A stretch of DNA of 63,685 bases, filler included, from Chiloscyllium plagiosum (taxonomy: Eukaryota): the NCBI RefSeq assembly GCF_004010195.1. It is 4 parts of one record of this genome, joined end to end, with 100 filler letters (N's around TTAATTAATTAA, not from the genome) between each part and the next. Parts side by side here need not be neighbours in the genome. Positions count along the whole stretch, not along the records: positions 29,841 to 51,453 come from NC_057710.1; positions 51,554 to 60,022 come from NC_057710.1; positions 60,123 to 63,685 come from NC_057710.1; 1 more part is not named here. One strand, written 5' to 3'. Made by a program: the position numbers and the translations under genes. Shown here piece after piece: positions 51,007 to 63,554 of the stretch (position 1 is its first letter; each line of letters opens with the position of its first letter). The notes beneath the pieces are model-generated. The model was not told where the DNA came from. It searched no databases and worked only from the letters and a program-made list of their open reading frames with translations.

Positions 51007-51453
51007 TAGAACATAGAACATAGAAGAATACAGCGCAGTACAGGCCCTTTGGCCCTCGATGTTGTGCCGATCCAAGCCCACCTAACCTACACTAGCCCAC
51101 TATCCTCCATATGTCTATCCAATGCCCGCTTAAATGCCCAAAAAGAGGGAGAGTCCACCACTGCTACTGGCAGGGCATTCCATGATCTCACGACTCGCTG
51201 AGTAAAGAACCTACCCCTAACATCTGTCCTATACCAACTCCCCCTTAATTTAAAGCTATGCCCCCTCATAATAGCTGACTCCATACATGGAAAAAGATTC
51301 TCACTGTCGACCCTATCTAAACCCCTAATCATCTTATACACCTCTATCAAGTAAACCCTAAACCTTCTTTTCTCCAATGTAAACAACCCCAAGTGCCTTA
51401 GCCTTTCCTCATACGATCTTTCTACCATACCAGGAAACATCCTGGTAAACCTC
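51007..51453 (-). mobile_element. Young CR1 3' end running into a gap
   Basis: ORF 51087..51440(-) is an intact ORF2 C-terminus; (tagaaca)n tail. Confidence 0.9.
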
Positions 51454-51553
51454 NNNNNNNNNNNNNNNNNNNNNNNNNNNNNNNNNNNNNNNNNNNNTTA
51501 ATTAATTAANNNNNNNNNNNNNNNNNNNNNNNNNNNNNNNNNNNNNNNNNNNN
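51454..51553. other. Assembly gap with TTAATTAATTAA linker
   Basis: 44N + 12-mer + 44N. Confidence 0.95.
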
Positions 51554-52869
51554 TCCTCCTACTGCCCCCTTGACCATGACCCCACCCCCCACCACCAAAC
51601 CATCATCTCCCAGACCGTCCATAAATTTATTTTCAAATCCCTTTCTTATCTTTGTAATCACCTCCAGGTCACAATCCTCCAAAATAACTGCACTTTTAAA
51701 ATCTCTGATCTCTTCAGCATTCCTGATTTTATTTGGCCCACAACTGATGGCTGTGTTTTCAACTGCCTCAGCCCCTAAGCTCTTCAATATCATCCCTACA
51801 CCTCCACACCTCACACTCCTTTATCAAGACATCCCTTAACACTTACTTATTTGGCCAAGCTTTTGGTTACCTGCCTTAGGAGAAACAGGTTGGAAGATGA
51901 TGGAAAAGGCATATAATCAGGTGGGTTAGCACCAGGATGATACCCATACACTTACCCACCACCATAGAAGTGAAGTTTTAGCAGCAAGGCAAATTCATCA
52001 CCACTTAAAGGCCTTATCCTAATTGGACTGTAATTATTTCAGTTCTGGAAGGGACAAGAAAGATTTGGTCTAACCAACTGGTAAATCAGTTTAGAGTTGA
52101 GGCATCTCTTGCAATAGTCTGTGCAAGACTGAAGTACTGGACCTTAGCTTCTTGAGATCCATGCCCCTGCCCTGACTTCTGACCCAATTACGTTCCTCTC
52201 CCTATGACCTGTGACCAAACTCCAGAAATCAATCCCCTCCAAAACAAAGCATACTTTCCTCAATGCTGATCCTTAGTCAGGAGATTCAGAGGGTGTTATC
52301 CTGACAGCAGTGCCATCTACTCCACCATGACACCACTGGGTTTGGGAAGTTCCAGCCTCTGGTTGGCTGACAACTCCAATCAGGTGCTCTGGATTTGTAA
52401 TTCAGGCTGAACACCTGCCAGTCAACCGCCTAGATGATCTAAGATCTATTGTTCCACATAGGAACCTGCCGGGCAGTCACTCAATTTATAACTTCAGTCA
52501 GCTTTTGGTTCTCTTAAAAAGAAACCATATGTTGGTTCATCATGTCCACAAGTACTTCAGAATTTTGAACCTTTGCCATGACAGGGTGATTGAACCAATC
52601 CATTCACTTTAACTGACTGACTGCTGGGCTACACTTATGAAAACCCCTTCTATCCAAAGAGCTTTCATTTTCTGAAGTTTTCTGAACATGATGGTAATGG
52701 TGTAAGATGATTTTCTGAAGATGATTCATGATGGTGTAAGGTATCGTGAGCATCAGTAGCTATCCAGTTCTCATGTTCTTCATGTGTCAGTTTTGTGAGT
52801 GAAAGTTGTTTAACCATCATTGTCAAGTCAAATCTGTTTTCTACTAATTCACCCAATATCACAAAAAGA

Positions 52870-53030
52870 GACAATCTGGTCATTATCACATTGTGGCTTG
52901 TGGGACCTTACTGTGAGAAAATTGCCTGCTGTGTTTCCCACAGCAGTGACTTCACTTGAAAGGTACTTAATTAGCTGTAAAATATTCTGTGATGTCCTGA
53001 AGTCATGAAAGGCACCACAGAAATGCATTT
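52870..53030 (+). mobile_element. Deu-domain SINE (AmnSINE1/SacSINE1-like) 3' remnant
   Basis: ctggtcattatcacattg...gtgggaccttactgtgagaaaattgcctgctgtgtttcc...gatgtcctgaagtcatgaaaggc resembles the Deu domain and tail as I recall them. Confidence 0.6.
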
Positions 53031-53099
53031 TTAAAGATACACATAGACCTGCATAAATACATTTACATTACATCTGTTGTCCATGCTCTCACATATACA

Positions 53100-53745
53100 G
53101 TAGATAGATTGCAAATTTGGGCGGAGAAATGACAGGTGAAGTTTAATCTGGACAAATGTGAGGTGATGCATTTTGGAAGATCAAATTCAGGTGTGAATTA
53201 CACAATAAATGGCAGAATCCTTAGGAATACTGACAGACAAAGGGATCTGGGCATACAGGTCCATAGATTCCTGAAAGTAGCAATACAGATGGATAAGGTG
53301 GTTAAGAAGGCATACAGCATGCAAAAAGACTCTTCAGTCCAACCAGTTGATGCTGACCCATAATCCCAAACTAAACTAGTCCCACCTGCCTGCTCCTGGC
53401 CCATATCCCTCCAAACCTTTCCTATTCATGTATCTACCCAAATGTCTTTTAAACATTGTAATTATACCCACATCTACCAGTTTCTCAGGAAATTCATTCC
53501 ACACCCTCTGTGTCAAAAACAATCCTCTTATGTCTTTTTAAAAATCTCTTTCTTCTCTTCCCTTAAAAATATGCCCCCTAGTCTTGATATCCCCTATCCG
53601 AGGGAAAAGACAACTACCATTAACTCTATCGATACCTCTCATTATTTTATAAACTTATGTCAGATCACCTTTCTATCTCCTACGCATCAGTGAAAAACAT
53701 CCCAGCCTATACAGCCTTTCTTTATAACTCAAAACTTCCATAACT
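53100..53745. mobile_element. Abutting CR1 fragments in opposite orientation (+ about 53100-53320, - about 53320-53745)
   Basis: [12 protein letters not shown] on +, then a reversed CR1 3' end. Confidence 0.8.
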
Positions 53746-56271
53746 CCCTCACTTACACGTTTATTGTATCTTTCTAAATGATTATTGGGCTGTTTAAATA
53801 ATGTTGCAGTGCTATTGAATTAGGTTTTTACAATGACTTTCTTTACTGCTGGATTTGAGGAGGCCTCTACAAGTTGAAAATTGGAGACTCCTGCCTTCTA
53901 CAAGCTTATAACTGGAGACAATGTGAAAGTCATCTAAAGGTATGTGGATTTTTTAAAAAAACTCATTCAGAGTCAGAAATAGGGTTTCTGATCCTGATTA
54001 GAACTTTTGAGAAATATGTAAAATTATATTGACTCCTCATTCTCATAATTAACACTTGGTATATCAAAAGTCACATTTACCCAGAAACCTAATTTGTTTG
54101 CCATATCTTCCTCCACACTTCACACCGGGCGCAACTTGCGACTCTTCAACCACGTAGAATGTAATCTGTTTGCAATCATCTATCTTTTATAGAAGTCCAT
54201 CAATATTTGTTCATTAAATTCAGTGAGGCAAACAGGTTCCACAGCATTGGTTGATATGATCCAATGGGATCCTAGTCAGAGGGTAAAGTTGAAAATTACT
54301 TCCTGTCTCATTGTAGTTAGGCTACTGGTTTCTCATGACCACTGCCAAATAATGCACTAAAGCTGGACAGCAGGTGGTGTCATTCAAGCAAGTGAGATAG
54401 ATAATAGTTTACTGCCTGCTCAGGCTGGAATATTTCATTTCCACATGCCACTGCATCATGATGCACAATGTAGAGCCAACGACACTCATCCAATTGAGGA
54501 TTCCAGATCAAATTTCAGACAGCTCTGGGACTCAAAGCTTGTCATCATCTAATAGGGAGTCAAGTGCTCATCTACTTGAGCAGCAAGGTCAGACAAGACA
54601 TGAAAGCACATCTAATATTCCACTAAACCTGAAAAAAAAGACTTGTGTAAATGTAACTTGTATAGTATGAGCAGAATTGATGTAGGCTCATTACTAAATG
54701 TTTGCTTTTTCAATTTACAGATAAGAGTCATTGTTTTTCTCAGAAAGACATTTAACAAGTGATTCATGCTCAAGATAAGTCAGACAGCATGGTACATTTC
54801 TGGAACAATTTGATCTCATCATAATTTCAATGAGTTCATGTTGCATATTACCTAAGTAAACTTTATTCTGCAATTTCAAAACATTGACAAATCACCAGTC
54901 AATTTTAAAAAGGAAGCTACTTTAATATGAAAGAAACCGAGTCAAAACCCAAAGTTTGGGTTATCTGAAGTCGAGGATCACAAAATAAACAATAATATTT
55001 GTCTGAAAATGTTGTAGATTAACCAAAAACATACATTGTTGTGTACTATGAAGTATATGAGACTTTTAAAAACATATATTTGGATGATCCTCACTGGTAG
55101 AAAAACCTGTGTGTATTTATTTATCTATATTAAATTCTCTAGTTGCTATTATGGCTTTTAATCATGTTTACATGTAAAGTATCACAGTTCTGACTGGAAA
55201 CTAAAGCTTCAGTAACAGTTTCAATCAAAGCTTCAGTTTCCTGTAACAATGAGTTCATTTTCCAATCACATAGACCAATAAGTGTGTATTTAGTGATATA
55301 AGCAAATAGGAAGTGACAGAAAAATTAATCCAAACAATGTTCGAATTCCCTGAGACGCTCAGTTTCTAAATGGTTCACTATTTTTGCTTTCACCATTTTT
55401 CATATGGATCAGAATGTCCAAAACTAAATTTCTGGCATGCACTGAGTTAGCTCATCTCATTCACTTCAATTATTAGAATTAACCTCTTCATTCTTTGGAT
55501 AATGTTTTCAAAAATGGATATGCATAGAATTGGAAACAATTGTTTACTTGGATAGGCAAGTAGTTGGAAATTAGGCTTATGTCCATTAATAAGCAAGATA
55601 TGGCCCTGGCATACGTACTTTGGCTACAACTTGTTAACTGTTATAAATGAGTTAAATGAAGAAATACTGCACTGTGTGCCTACATTTACTACAACATTAA
55701 GATGGCAGTATAAATTTGAAAAGGAGTGATAATAGATTAAATGTGTGCAAAACACTGCAGACAGCAAGGTAGGAGATGAAATAAAACTACATTTGTGTAT
55801 ATTCTAAATAGTGTGAAACTCAGACTTGGGTCCAATGATAATGGTTTATGATGTGGAGGAGGCCGTGTTGGACTAGGGTGGACAAAGTTAAAAATCACAC
55901 AACACCAGGTTATAGAGGTATAGACAGGTTTATTAGGAAGTGCTAGTTTTCAGAGCACTGCTCCTTCATCAGATAGATGTGGAGCAGGACCATAAGAAGT
56001 TATAGCAAAAGATTACAATGCCATGCAACTGGAATTATATTTTGAATGAACTTAGATTGCTGCTAAGTCTTCCATCTTTTAGAATGGGTTGCAGGTTTGG
56101 TTCATTAATATGTAAATCCCCGAACTTCTTTTAAGTCACATTCTGAAGTGGTCAGGGACCTTTGGCCTTGGATCTTTTGGTGACCATCCAAGATGGACTT
56201 CAGGATGTGCAACAATGTAGAATGGTTGAGCAGAGACTGATAGCCAAGTTCGTTTGGTACCCATGAAAATG

Positions 56272-56480
56272 AGGAGAAAGTGAGGTCTGCAGATGCTGGA
56301 GATCAGAGCTGGAAATGTGTTGCTGGAAAAGCGCAGCAGGTCAGGCAGCATCCAGGGAACAGGAGAATCGACGTTTCGGGCATAAGCCCTTCTTCAAGAA
56401 GGGCTTATGCCCGAAACGTTGATTCTCCTGTTCCCTGGATGCTGCCTGACCTGCTGCGCTTTTCCAGCAACACATTTCCA
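56272..56480. mobile_element. Family A element nested in the family B element, 13-bp TSD
   Basis: acccatgaaaatg at 56259-56271 and 56481-56493; near-perfect palindrome centred at about 56395. Confidence 0.88.
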
Positions 56481-56549
56481 ACCCATGAAAATGGCCTCAA
56501 CCGGGACCTTGGGCTCATGTCACACTACAGATGACCCAACTACACTATA

Positions 56550-56840
56550 CACTCTCTCTCTCCCTTTCTCTCTCTCTCTCTCACACATACACACACAGTC
56601 TCTCTCTTATATAGTCATACAGTTACGCAGACCCTCTCTCATATACACACACATACATACAACCCCCACACTCACAGCCATGCACACACCCTCTCATAGA
56701 CTTATACTCCATCACATTCACACACATACTTTACCAAACAAGTACACATGCAACAGACACTCTCTCATGTGTGTTCACACTCACACACGCACACTCTCTC
56801 TCTTTCTCTCTCTCTCACATGTACACACATACACATATAA
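56550..56840. repeat. Compound (CT)n/(CA)n low-complexity tract inside the Penelope-like element
   Basis: Visible dinucleotide runs. Confidence 0.85.
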
Positions 56841-59662
56841 GTCTATGTGGTGAATTTGTATTCACAGAATTATATTTGCAGATACATTCTATTTTGCTCA
56901 AAAAGTGCACAATCTGTAGGCAGTCAATCAATGTAATATTCTATAAATTCCACTTTGAAAATAGAACCAGTCTGACTCAAGATTCAAATACAGACAGATT
57001 CTAACCTCACACCTTTAATGCATTATCTGAGCTGAGATGTCACCTTTATTTTTAAAACCTTAAGTTATCTCAAGAATGTGACTTAAAAGAAGTTCTGAGA
57101 TTTACATATTATTGAACCAAAACCTGCAAATCATTATAAAATATGAAAGACTTAGCAGCAACCTAGGTTTCTTCAATATATAATTTCAGTTGTATGACAC
57201 TGTAATCTTTTGCTCTAAATTCTGTGTCTTATGGTCCTGCTCCATACCTACCTGATGAAGGAGCAGTGCTCCGAAAGCAAATGCTTCCAAATAAACCTGT
57301 TGGACTATGATGATTTAGGCATTGGAGCACAGAAAACACAAAACATTTGAGGAGAAGCAAATAATTAAAACAGATAATGAATGTAACTTTTATCTCAAAT
57401 GGTTAAAGTTTTATACAGCTGTGTGCACTGTGGATGAGACTCCTTCTGGAGTATTATTGTCAGTTCTGAACAACAAATGACAGCAATAAAGTGTTGTCCT
57501 TCAAAGGGATGTGATGTGGATTGACCAGCATGACATGGGGCAAAAAGTTTGAACTGTTTAGGACAGGTTGCATGGACTATTATTTGGATACCCTCCTCCA
57601 CTAAATACTTAAAATGAACTAATTTAAAGGAGTCAAGGTAACTGAAGTACTTGGTATTTTTTACATTATTGAGATGCATCCATGAAGCAGAGAACTGTAT
57701 GGTTAGTACATTTAGAAATATGGTCACATTGCAAACAGGCAGATAGGAAATGGGTGAGTACAGGCAGTCCAAAAGAAGCAAGAGATAGTGCAAGAGTAGA
57801 ACCTTCAGAGGTCCTATTCACTAAACAGTTTTCTGAGGGAGATGGATCCTTAAAGGATTGCAGCAAGAGCCAAACTCATGATGTCATGTGCAGCTCTACT
57901 GTATATAAGAAGAGGAAGAAGACTGGAAATGCAGCACTGACAAAGGATTTTTCTTTCAGGCAGTCAGGTGGGAAGTATACCAGGCAGCTAAGTGGGTGAG
58001 GCAATTAGGATGTTATTGGTGAGGTGGGTAGGGTGCCAAGTAGATACAGTGTCAAGTGGGTCTAACAGGTGGATCAGATATGGAGGTTGTCAGGGATCAG
58101 TGGGATGTAATTGGGCGGGACGGGGGTGGGGTGGGAGGGGGAGTGATGTCAGGGATCACACAAAGGCCCAGCTTAATTGGTTCCTGGAAGTCTAAGTTGA
58201 TTTTCAATCTTCTAACTATTCTTGCATAATTACATAGCATAAGTGAGTCAGTGCCCTTTGAAGTCTCTGACTGTCTTGGAGGGTTTCAGATGCAGAGGAA
58301 TTGCTCACTGGAAGTTCAATTTCCTGAACAATATTCTATTAGAGTCAAAAATTACACATGGCTCCAGAATACAACTCCAGTCTATGTGGCTCAAATGATT
58401 TTCTGGTCATCAGAGTATCTGAGCCATTATCTGTAAGACTCTGACAGGATTTGAGTTACTTTCTTAACTCTCCTAAAGATAAGACTGTCTTACATTGAAA
58501 GGTAATGGGAAGAATCATGCAGGGATCTGTGTGACATAGTCGATGGCATTATGGCAGAATTGGGAGAAAGGGCTGCCAGAGCACAATTGATGTTGAGATC
58601 ACCTTGCCTTACTTTTACACATTTTGTAAGTGTGTAGTGAGATTCTCATTGGGCAGCGGTGAGTTGTCAATTGACGATGATTATTGTTTGTGAAGATCCT
58701 TGCTGACAGCCCAACTCACCTCATCATTATTCCAGCTATGATCTTACCAAACTGGCCAAACAAACAAGCCGTTGGGCAAACTGAACATGGCAGGTGCTTG
58801 GTGAGTCAATCCAGGAGCATCACCTACATAAGCCCTCCCAACACTGACCAAGGCACAAGACCTTCAGGGAGACACCACCACCAACTATGGAAACTATCCA
58901 TTGCAGTGTTGTAGTGCCCTGCAAGCCCAGAATGGTCTAGCAAGGTACACCGTCAGGTGTCTGGTTGGGTTGGCTTTGCACAAGGGGATCCATGCCCTTG
59001 TGCTTCAGAGAATAGGTCACAGTCAGTCTCCGACAATGAGCTTGGCAGTTTCCATATCCCCACACTCCTTCAGGTAGACAGTGAGAATTTGAAGATGGTA
59101 CGGGTACAAAGGATGCTGGTCTTAGGGAAGATATCCAGGGAGTAGCAGATTGTTCCTGAAAGAGCACATGGTAAGATGTGGCAAAAATCAGACATGATAT
59201 ACATTACAGAGGTGGCAGCAGCAATGAACGTGGCAAGTTTGGTACGATATGGTGAAGAAACTGCTTAGAGTCAGGGCGAGAATCCCTTCACCAAATTTGA
59301 CACAATAGACTCTTAACCAACAAAACTGTAATGATAAACCCAATGTCGTTAACTTGCTTCAAGAAAATATTTACAGTTTTCCTTTAAAATGAGAAACATT
59401 ATGATTTGTTTATCTGTAAAATTTTTGTTGGTCAATGCTTATTTGAAAAGCTTTCATAGCTACTAAAATATTTATGATATATGTAAGGAACTTGTACAAA
59501 CCATTGTTGAGTTTGTGGAGTTTCTGAACCTTGCTGAATTTAAAAGTAGGAACCTGAAAATTGGGGTTTAATCGAAACAACGGATTCAATAATCTGATAT
59601 GAGAGGCAGTGTATGAAGATTGTGAAATGTAAGACGTTGAAGCCCCTATTCAGAAACAGAAT

Positions 59663-60000
59663 ATGCACATTGGCACCAACGACATAGGTAGGAAGAGGGG
59701 TGGGGAGGTCATTCAGGAGCTCAGGGAGTTAGGCTGGAAGCTAAAAGCTAGGACGGACAGAGTCGCCATCTCTGGGTTGTTACCGGTGCCACGTGACAGT
59801 GAGGCAAGGAATAGGGAGAGAGTGCAGTTGAACACGTGGCTCAAGGATGGTGTAGGAGGGAGGGCTTCAGGTATTTGGACAATTGGACTGCATTCTGGGG
59901 AAGGTGGGACCTGTACAAGCAGGACGGGTTGCACCTGAACCAGAAGGGCACCAATATCCTGGGAGGTAGGTTTGCTAGCACTCTTCGGGGGATGGGATCC
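59663..60000 (+). mobile_element. CR1 ORF1 SGNH-esterase domain fragment
   Basis: HIGTNDIG and DGLHLN motifs across one frameshift (ORFs 59663..59938 and 59836 onward). Confidence 0.88.
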
Positions 60001-60022
60001 GGATTTGTAGTCCAGCAAGTAG

Positions 60023-60122
60023 NNNNNNNNNNNNNNNNNNNNNNNNNNNNNNNNNNNNNNNNNNNNTTAATTAATTAANNNNNNNNNNNNNNNNNNNNNN
60101 NNNNNNNNNNNNNNNNNNNNNN
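60023..60122. other. Assembly gap with TTAATTAATTAA linker
   Basis: 44N + 12-mer + 44N. Confidence 0.95.
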
Positions 60123-60670
60123 TGCTGTTGCAAATTCCTCATCGCTTCTATCTATCTCTCCAACCGATCCGCTCGATCTTATAAGATTCGCATGCAAAAG
60201 CATTTATGGCAGATATAATCTGCAGTAACCCTTAAACTCTCTTTAAACTCCCACATCTGACAAGAAGTACATTTCTCTGCAAAGGCCATTTTTGCTCCTT
60301 CACAATCTACAGACCCAGAAATACTGCAAATACTGCCCCAGGTCAAATTAATCGCTATGGCTTATATTTTAAGTTTAATCAAGAGACTTATCTCCAAAAT
60401 CACAATCAAGAAAGAATTCACTGTACCCACTAGTGCAGCCTTTCTCTTGGACAGACTTAAAACAACAATTAACTTATCTGATTCTGTGCTGTGAACTTCA
60501 CCCAACAGTTCCTCCAAGATTAGTTGTGAATTTCACTGTTTGTTAATTTTCCCAGATGAACTCCGATGTCCAGCAATACACGAATTCAAACAGCAAAGAC
60601 GGTAACTGTGCAGGTTCTCTCTCTCTCTCTCTCTCTCTCCTGCACTGTCCTCACCATGTGCTTCCTTTGT
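60123..60670 (-). mobile_element. CR1 5' UTR and ORF1 zinc-finger start
   Basis: ATG at 60289(-) reads MAFAEKCTSCQMWEFKESLRVTADYICHKC (CxxC...CxxC); similar to 1-470. Confidence 0.8.
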
Positions 60671-60689
60671 CTGCTTTTCTGTGGTGAGA

Positions 60690-63270
60690 AATTATATCAG
60701 AACCAGAAATCAAGATATAAAATCAGTCTAGGTAGAAATAAGAAATATAAAAGTAAAGAAATCCATGGTGGAAGTTCCCCAAACAGTAGTCCCATAGTGA
60801 GACACAATAGAAACCAGGAAACACTGGGGGGCTTGTAAGAAAGGTACAGCAATAATCATGAGTGACATTAATATGCACGTAGACTGGATTAATCAAATTG
60901 GCAAGGGTAACCTCAGGGGACTGTTTATTGAAAGTACTGGAGATTGTTTCCTGGAGCAATATATTGGGGTACCAACTGGGCATCAGGTTATCCTGGATTT
61001 GCCATTATGTAATGAGGTAGGATTAATTAGTGACGTCACAATAAAGGATCCTCCAGTGTTGAGTCATCATGACCTGCGAGAATTTCAAATTTAGTTGGAG
61101 GGTGAAAAACAGGAATCCCACAATAGTGTTCTGAAGTCAAACAAAGGTAATTATAAAGACCTTACAGATCTGGCCATAGTGGACCGGCAGAAGGCTAAAG
61201 ATAGGACAGTTGATGAGCAGTGACAGATATTTAAGGAGGTAATCAATTTCTCCCAATGAAAATACATTCCAGAAATCAAAAAGATTGTAAGATGGGGAAC
61301 AAGCATCCATAGCTAAGCAAGTAAGTTAAATATAATATAAAGACAAAAACTAAGGCATGTCATCATGCAAAGGTAAGTGGCAGGCTGGAATATTGGGAAA
61401 CTTTTAAAGATCAACAAAGGGTTACTAAAAAGTCATAAAAAATGGAGAAATAGATAATGAAAAAATAGCACAAAATATAAAAATAGACAACAAAAGCTTC
61501 TAAAAGAATATAAAAACCTGAATGTTGGTCCCTTGGAGGATGACACTGGGGAGTTAAAAATTGGTAGCATAGAAATAGTGGAGATATTAAACCAATATTT
61601 TGCCTCAATTTTCAGGTGGAGGGTACTGCAGCCATCCTAATAGTAACAGGTAATGCTAAGATTAAAGAAAGGGAGGAACTAAGAACAATCATCATCATCG
61701 GGGAAAATACACTGAGCAAACTATTGGGACCGAAGGCAGACAAGTTCCAGGCTCAATGGCCTACATCCTATGAGCCCACAGAGAGTGGATCCATTGCTTA
61801 TAATATTCTCTGAATGTTGGAAAGATTTCAGTGAATTAGAAAAATACTGATATAACACACTTATTCAAGAAGGGAGGGAGGCAGAAAATAGGAAACAATA
61901 GACCAATTAGCTTAACGTCTATCATTCGGAAATTGTTGGGAATTGGTAACAGGACATTTGGAAAATCAAAATCCATTAGAGTAAGCATCGTTTTATGAAG
62001 GGTAAATCATGTTTGGCTAATTTGCTAGAGTTCTTAAAAGATGTAACAAGCAATGCGGACTATGGGAATCCTGTAGATGTATATCTGGATTTCCAGAGGG
62101 TTTGACATAGAGTGCCACACAAAAGGTTAATACACGAGGTATAATCACATGGGGTTAGGGTAATATGTTAGCTTGGACAGAGGGCTGACTAACCAATAGA
62201 AAGCAGACAGTTATGATAAATGGGTTTTTGACTGGTTGGCAAGTTACAACTAGTTGGGTGCCACTGGGTTTGGTCCTCAAGCTCCACCTATTGCATTTGA
62301 TATCAATAGCTTGGATGCAGGGATAGAAAGTACTGCAGCCAGATTTGTAGATCACACTAAAACAGGTGGGAAAGTAAGATGCAATGAACAAATTAGAAAT
62401 TTGCCAATTGATATATATAGGTTAGATAAATGGGCCAAAATTTGGCAAATGGAATTTAATATAGATAAGTGTGAGATTATCCATTTTGGTCCAGTAATAG
62501 AAAGGCAAAAAATTGTCTAAATGGAGAGAAACTTCAGAGTGCTTCAGTGCAAAGAGATCTGAGTCTCATTGTGCTTGACTTGTAGAAAGCTAGTCTGTAG
62601 GTACAGTGGGTAATAAGAAAGGCAAATGAAATTTTCGCATTTCTTGCTAAAAGTATAGACTGTAAAAGTAAGAAAGTATTGCTGCAATTGTACAAGGCAT
62701 TAATGAGACTAAACTTGGCATACTGCATGCAACTTTTGTCCCCTTACTAAAGGAGGGATGTAGTTGCAGTGGAAACAGCTCAGAGGAGATTCACCAGATT
62801 GATTCAACAGTTGAGGAGTTTGTCTTATGAAGTGAGTTTAGGCTTATACCGTCTCTAGAGTTTAGAAGAATGAGAGGATATCTAATTGAGGGATGTAATA
62901 TGTTAAAAGGAATTGACAAAGTCGATGTTGAAAGGACATTCTTTGTGTAGGCCAATCTAGAATGAGAGATTGTACTTTTAGGGTAAGGGGTAGCAGATTT
63001 AAAACAGAGTTGAGGGTAAATTACTTCTCTCAAACAGTGAAGAATCCATGAAATTCATTACCGCAGAGTGCGGCATATGTTGAGGCTTTGAATAAATTTA
63101 CAGAGGAGCTAAACAGATATTTAATGAGTGATGGGTTGAAGGGTTATGGAGAGTGGGCAGGAAAGTGGAGTTGAAGTCAAATGAGATCAGCCATGATTGT
63201 GTCAAATGGCGAAGCGGGCTCCAAGGGTTGAATTGTCTACTCCTGCTCCAAGTTCTTATGTTCTTATGAA
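60690..63270 (+). mobile_element. Long decayed CR1 ORF2 (endonuclease end, RT and 3' tail)
   Basis: DCFLEQY, ILDL, NRPISLTS, WQMEFNIDKCEIIHFG and (ttcttatg)n tail. Confidence 0.9.
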
Positions 63271-63378
63271 TGTTGTTGGACCTGAACCCATCCATGGATG
63301 TGAGGAGTATTCAATCACACTCCTGACTAGTGCCTTGTGTAGTTGTTGGATAGGTTCTAGGGAGTCAGGAGGTGAATG

Positions 63379-63497
63379 AGATTAGATTAGATTACTTACA
63401 GTGTGGAAACAGGCCCTTCAGCCCAACAAGTCCACACTGACCTGCTGAAGTGCACCAATCCAGACCCCATTCCCCCCTACACCTAACACTATGGGCA
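63379..63497 (-). mobile_element. HE1-like SINE 3' tail fragment
   Basis: (attag)n-attacttacagtgtggaaacaggcccttcagcccaacaagtccacac, as at 16361. Confidence 0.8.
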
Positions 63498-63554
63498 CAC
63501 TCACCACAGTATTTCTTTCCCCAACTTACTCTTGTGGATGCAGCTTCACACGAC

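Larger units (their letters stand above)
55850..57308 (+). mobile_element. Penelope-like retroelement (family B), 5'-truncated, with inverted pseudo-LTRs and a GIY-YIG endonuclease C-terminal remnant
   Basis: Inverted arms about 55910-56144 / 57073-57308; coding remnant EQRLIAKF..THENGLNRDLGLMSHYR*; hammerhead-like cores at 55944-55972(-) and 57252-57280(+). Confidence 0.8.

Noticed and set aside
53824..53939. AG...AAG|GTATGT segment as a missing PARP8 exon
   Set aside because: Stops in all three frames and no PARP8 similarity.
56407..56853. 148-aa His/Thr/Ser-rich ORF
   Set aside because: Translation of (CA)n/(CT)n microsatellite and repeat sequence.
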